NCBI GenBank assembly: GCA_964016885.1
Contig: OZ024746.1
Coordinates: forward strand, 75,888,001-75,952,000
Source: Eledone cirrhosa
Taxonomy: Eukaryota
Direction: 5' to 3'
Length of the DNA: 64,000 nt
In this document: one piece after another, positions 63,171-64,000 of the stretch
How positions within the stretch are numbered: the stretch's first letter is position 1
Layout: the number at the start of each line of letters is the position of its first letter
The notes under the pieces: model-generated
The model's database searches: none
The model's input: the letters and a program-made list of their open reading frames with translations, nothing else
Told to the model about the DNA's origin: nothing
Program-made: the position numbers and the translations under genes

Positions 63171-63783
63171 TTAACCCTTTCAGTATCATATTTCTAATGA
63201 AAGACACGCCCTAAAATGTGCAAATAATTTTGAAAATAGTAAAGAATTTGAAGGGATTTAGTAATATAACTAACTTTCTCATTATTAACCGTTTAACATT
63301 TACATTACTCTATATTTACTATTGTATTTTCGCAGTAAAGGCTTTACCTCACATAATTATCTCACATAATATTGAATCTACGAGATGTTGATATTATTTA
63401 TGGATAAAGCTGGTTTAAATGTTAAAGGGTTAAGCTGGGGTTTGTAACATAACTGAACAAAGGTTTATATATAAAATTATGATGGTAAATTTTTAGATAA
63501 TAATATATACACTTTAACCCTTTAGCATTTAAAGCGACTGTATCTGGCCAGAATTCTCTAATCCCATTCTGTTCAAACTGATTGTAACTGGCTGCTGATA
63601 CTGATGTTAAGGTATTGTTCTCAACATAAATAATATCAAAATCTCATAGCTTCGATATTGTGTGAGATAATTATGTGAATATAATAATAATTATAGAGTA
63701 ATATAAATGCTAAAGAGTTAAAATAAACAGCTTTGTATTATAGAACTAAGAGTTATTTCAGGTAGTTTGTTATCTAAAGTTAA
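63171..63783. mobile_element. MITE family A carrying two nested family B MITEs (63285-63433 and 63514-63721)
   Basis: Each insert is bounded by TTAA on both sides; the corresponding positions in copy 57290-57491 have a single TTAA. Confidence 0.85.
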
Positions 63784-64000
63784 AACATGCATCAAATTAA
63801 GTATGCCACTCAAGAGCAAGAACAGTCACTCAGGCAGACTTTCACATAGTTTCATTCACAAAGCTTTAGTTGATCCTAGAAGTTATTTACCTCAGATAAA
63901 TAGAAATATGGCAATGATAATGAATTTCAATTGGGAATTGAAACCAAATCAAATATTCTGTTCAGCAAAGACTTTCTACAACCCTACAAAGCTGTTTTGT

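Overview
AT-rich, CpG-poor eukaryotic DNA with dense (TA)n/(CA)n/(TC)n/(CAT)n microsatellites. The SINE and LINE families resemble those of octopod cephalopods (inferred from repeat sequences, not from a search). I cannot support any intact host protein-coding gene: nearly all listed ORFs are microsatellite translations or decayed transposon fragments, so the window is probably intronic or intergenic. It contains (1) several tRNA-derived SINE families, including CORE-type SINEs whose tails match the RTE LINE 3' end; (2) many decayed RTE-clade LINE fragments, the largest at 53565-55042 with a YADD motif; (3) a Buster-type hAT element with TIRs, an 8-bp TSD and a pseudogenised transposase (32116-34588), plus a hAT MITE; (4) an internally deleted maT/DD37D Tc1-mariner element (4719-5568); (5) two related Helitron derivatives; (6) two families of TTAA-inserting piggyBac-like MITEs that repeatedly nest in each other. 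The most interesting signal is a set of short elements embedded in (TA)n tracts, often arranged as long head-to-head inverted repeats (one with perfect 117-bp arms). These carry about ten minimal type-I hammerhead-ribozyme-like motifs, several with a greatly extended stem II. A tRNA-headed element shares the same Penelope-like inverted/tandem architecture.
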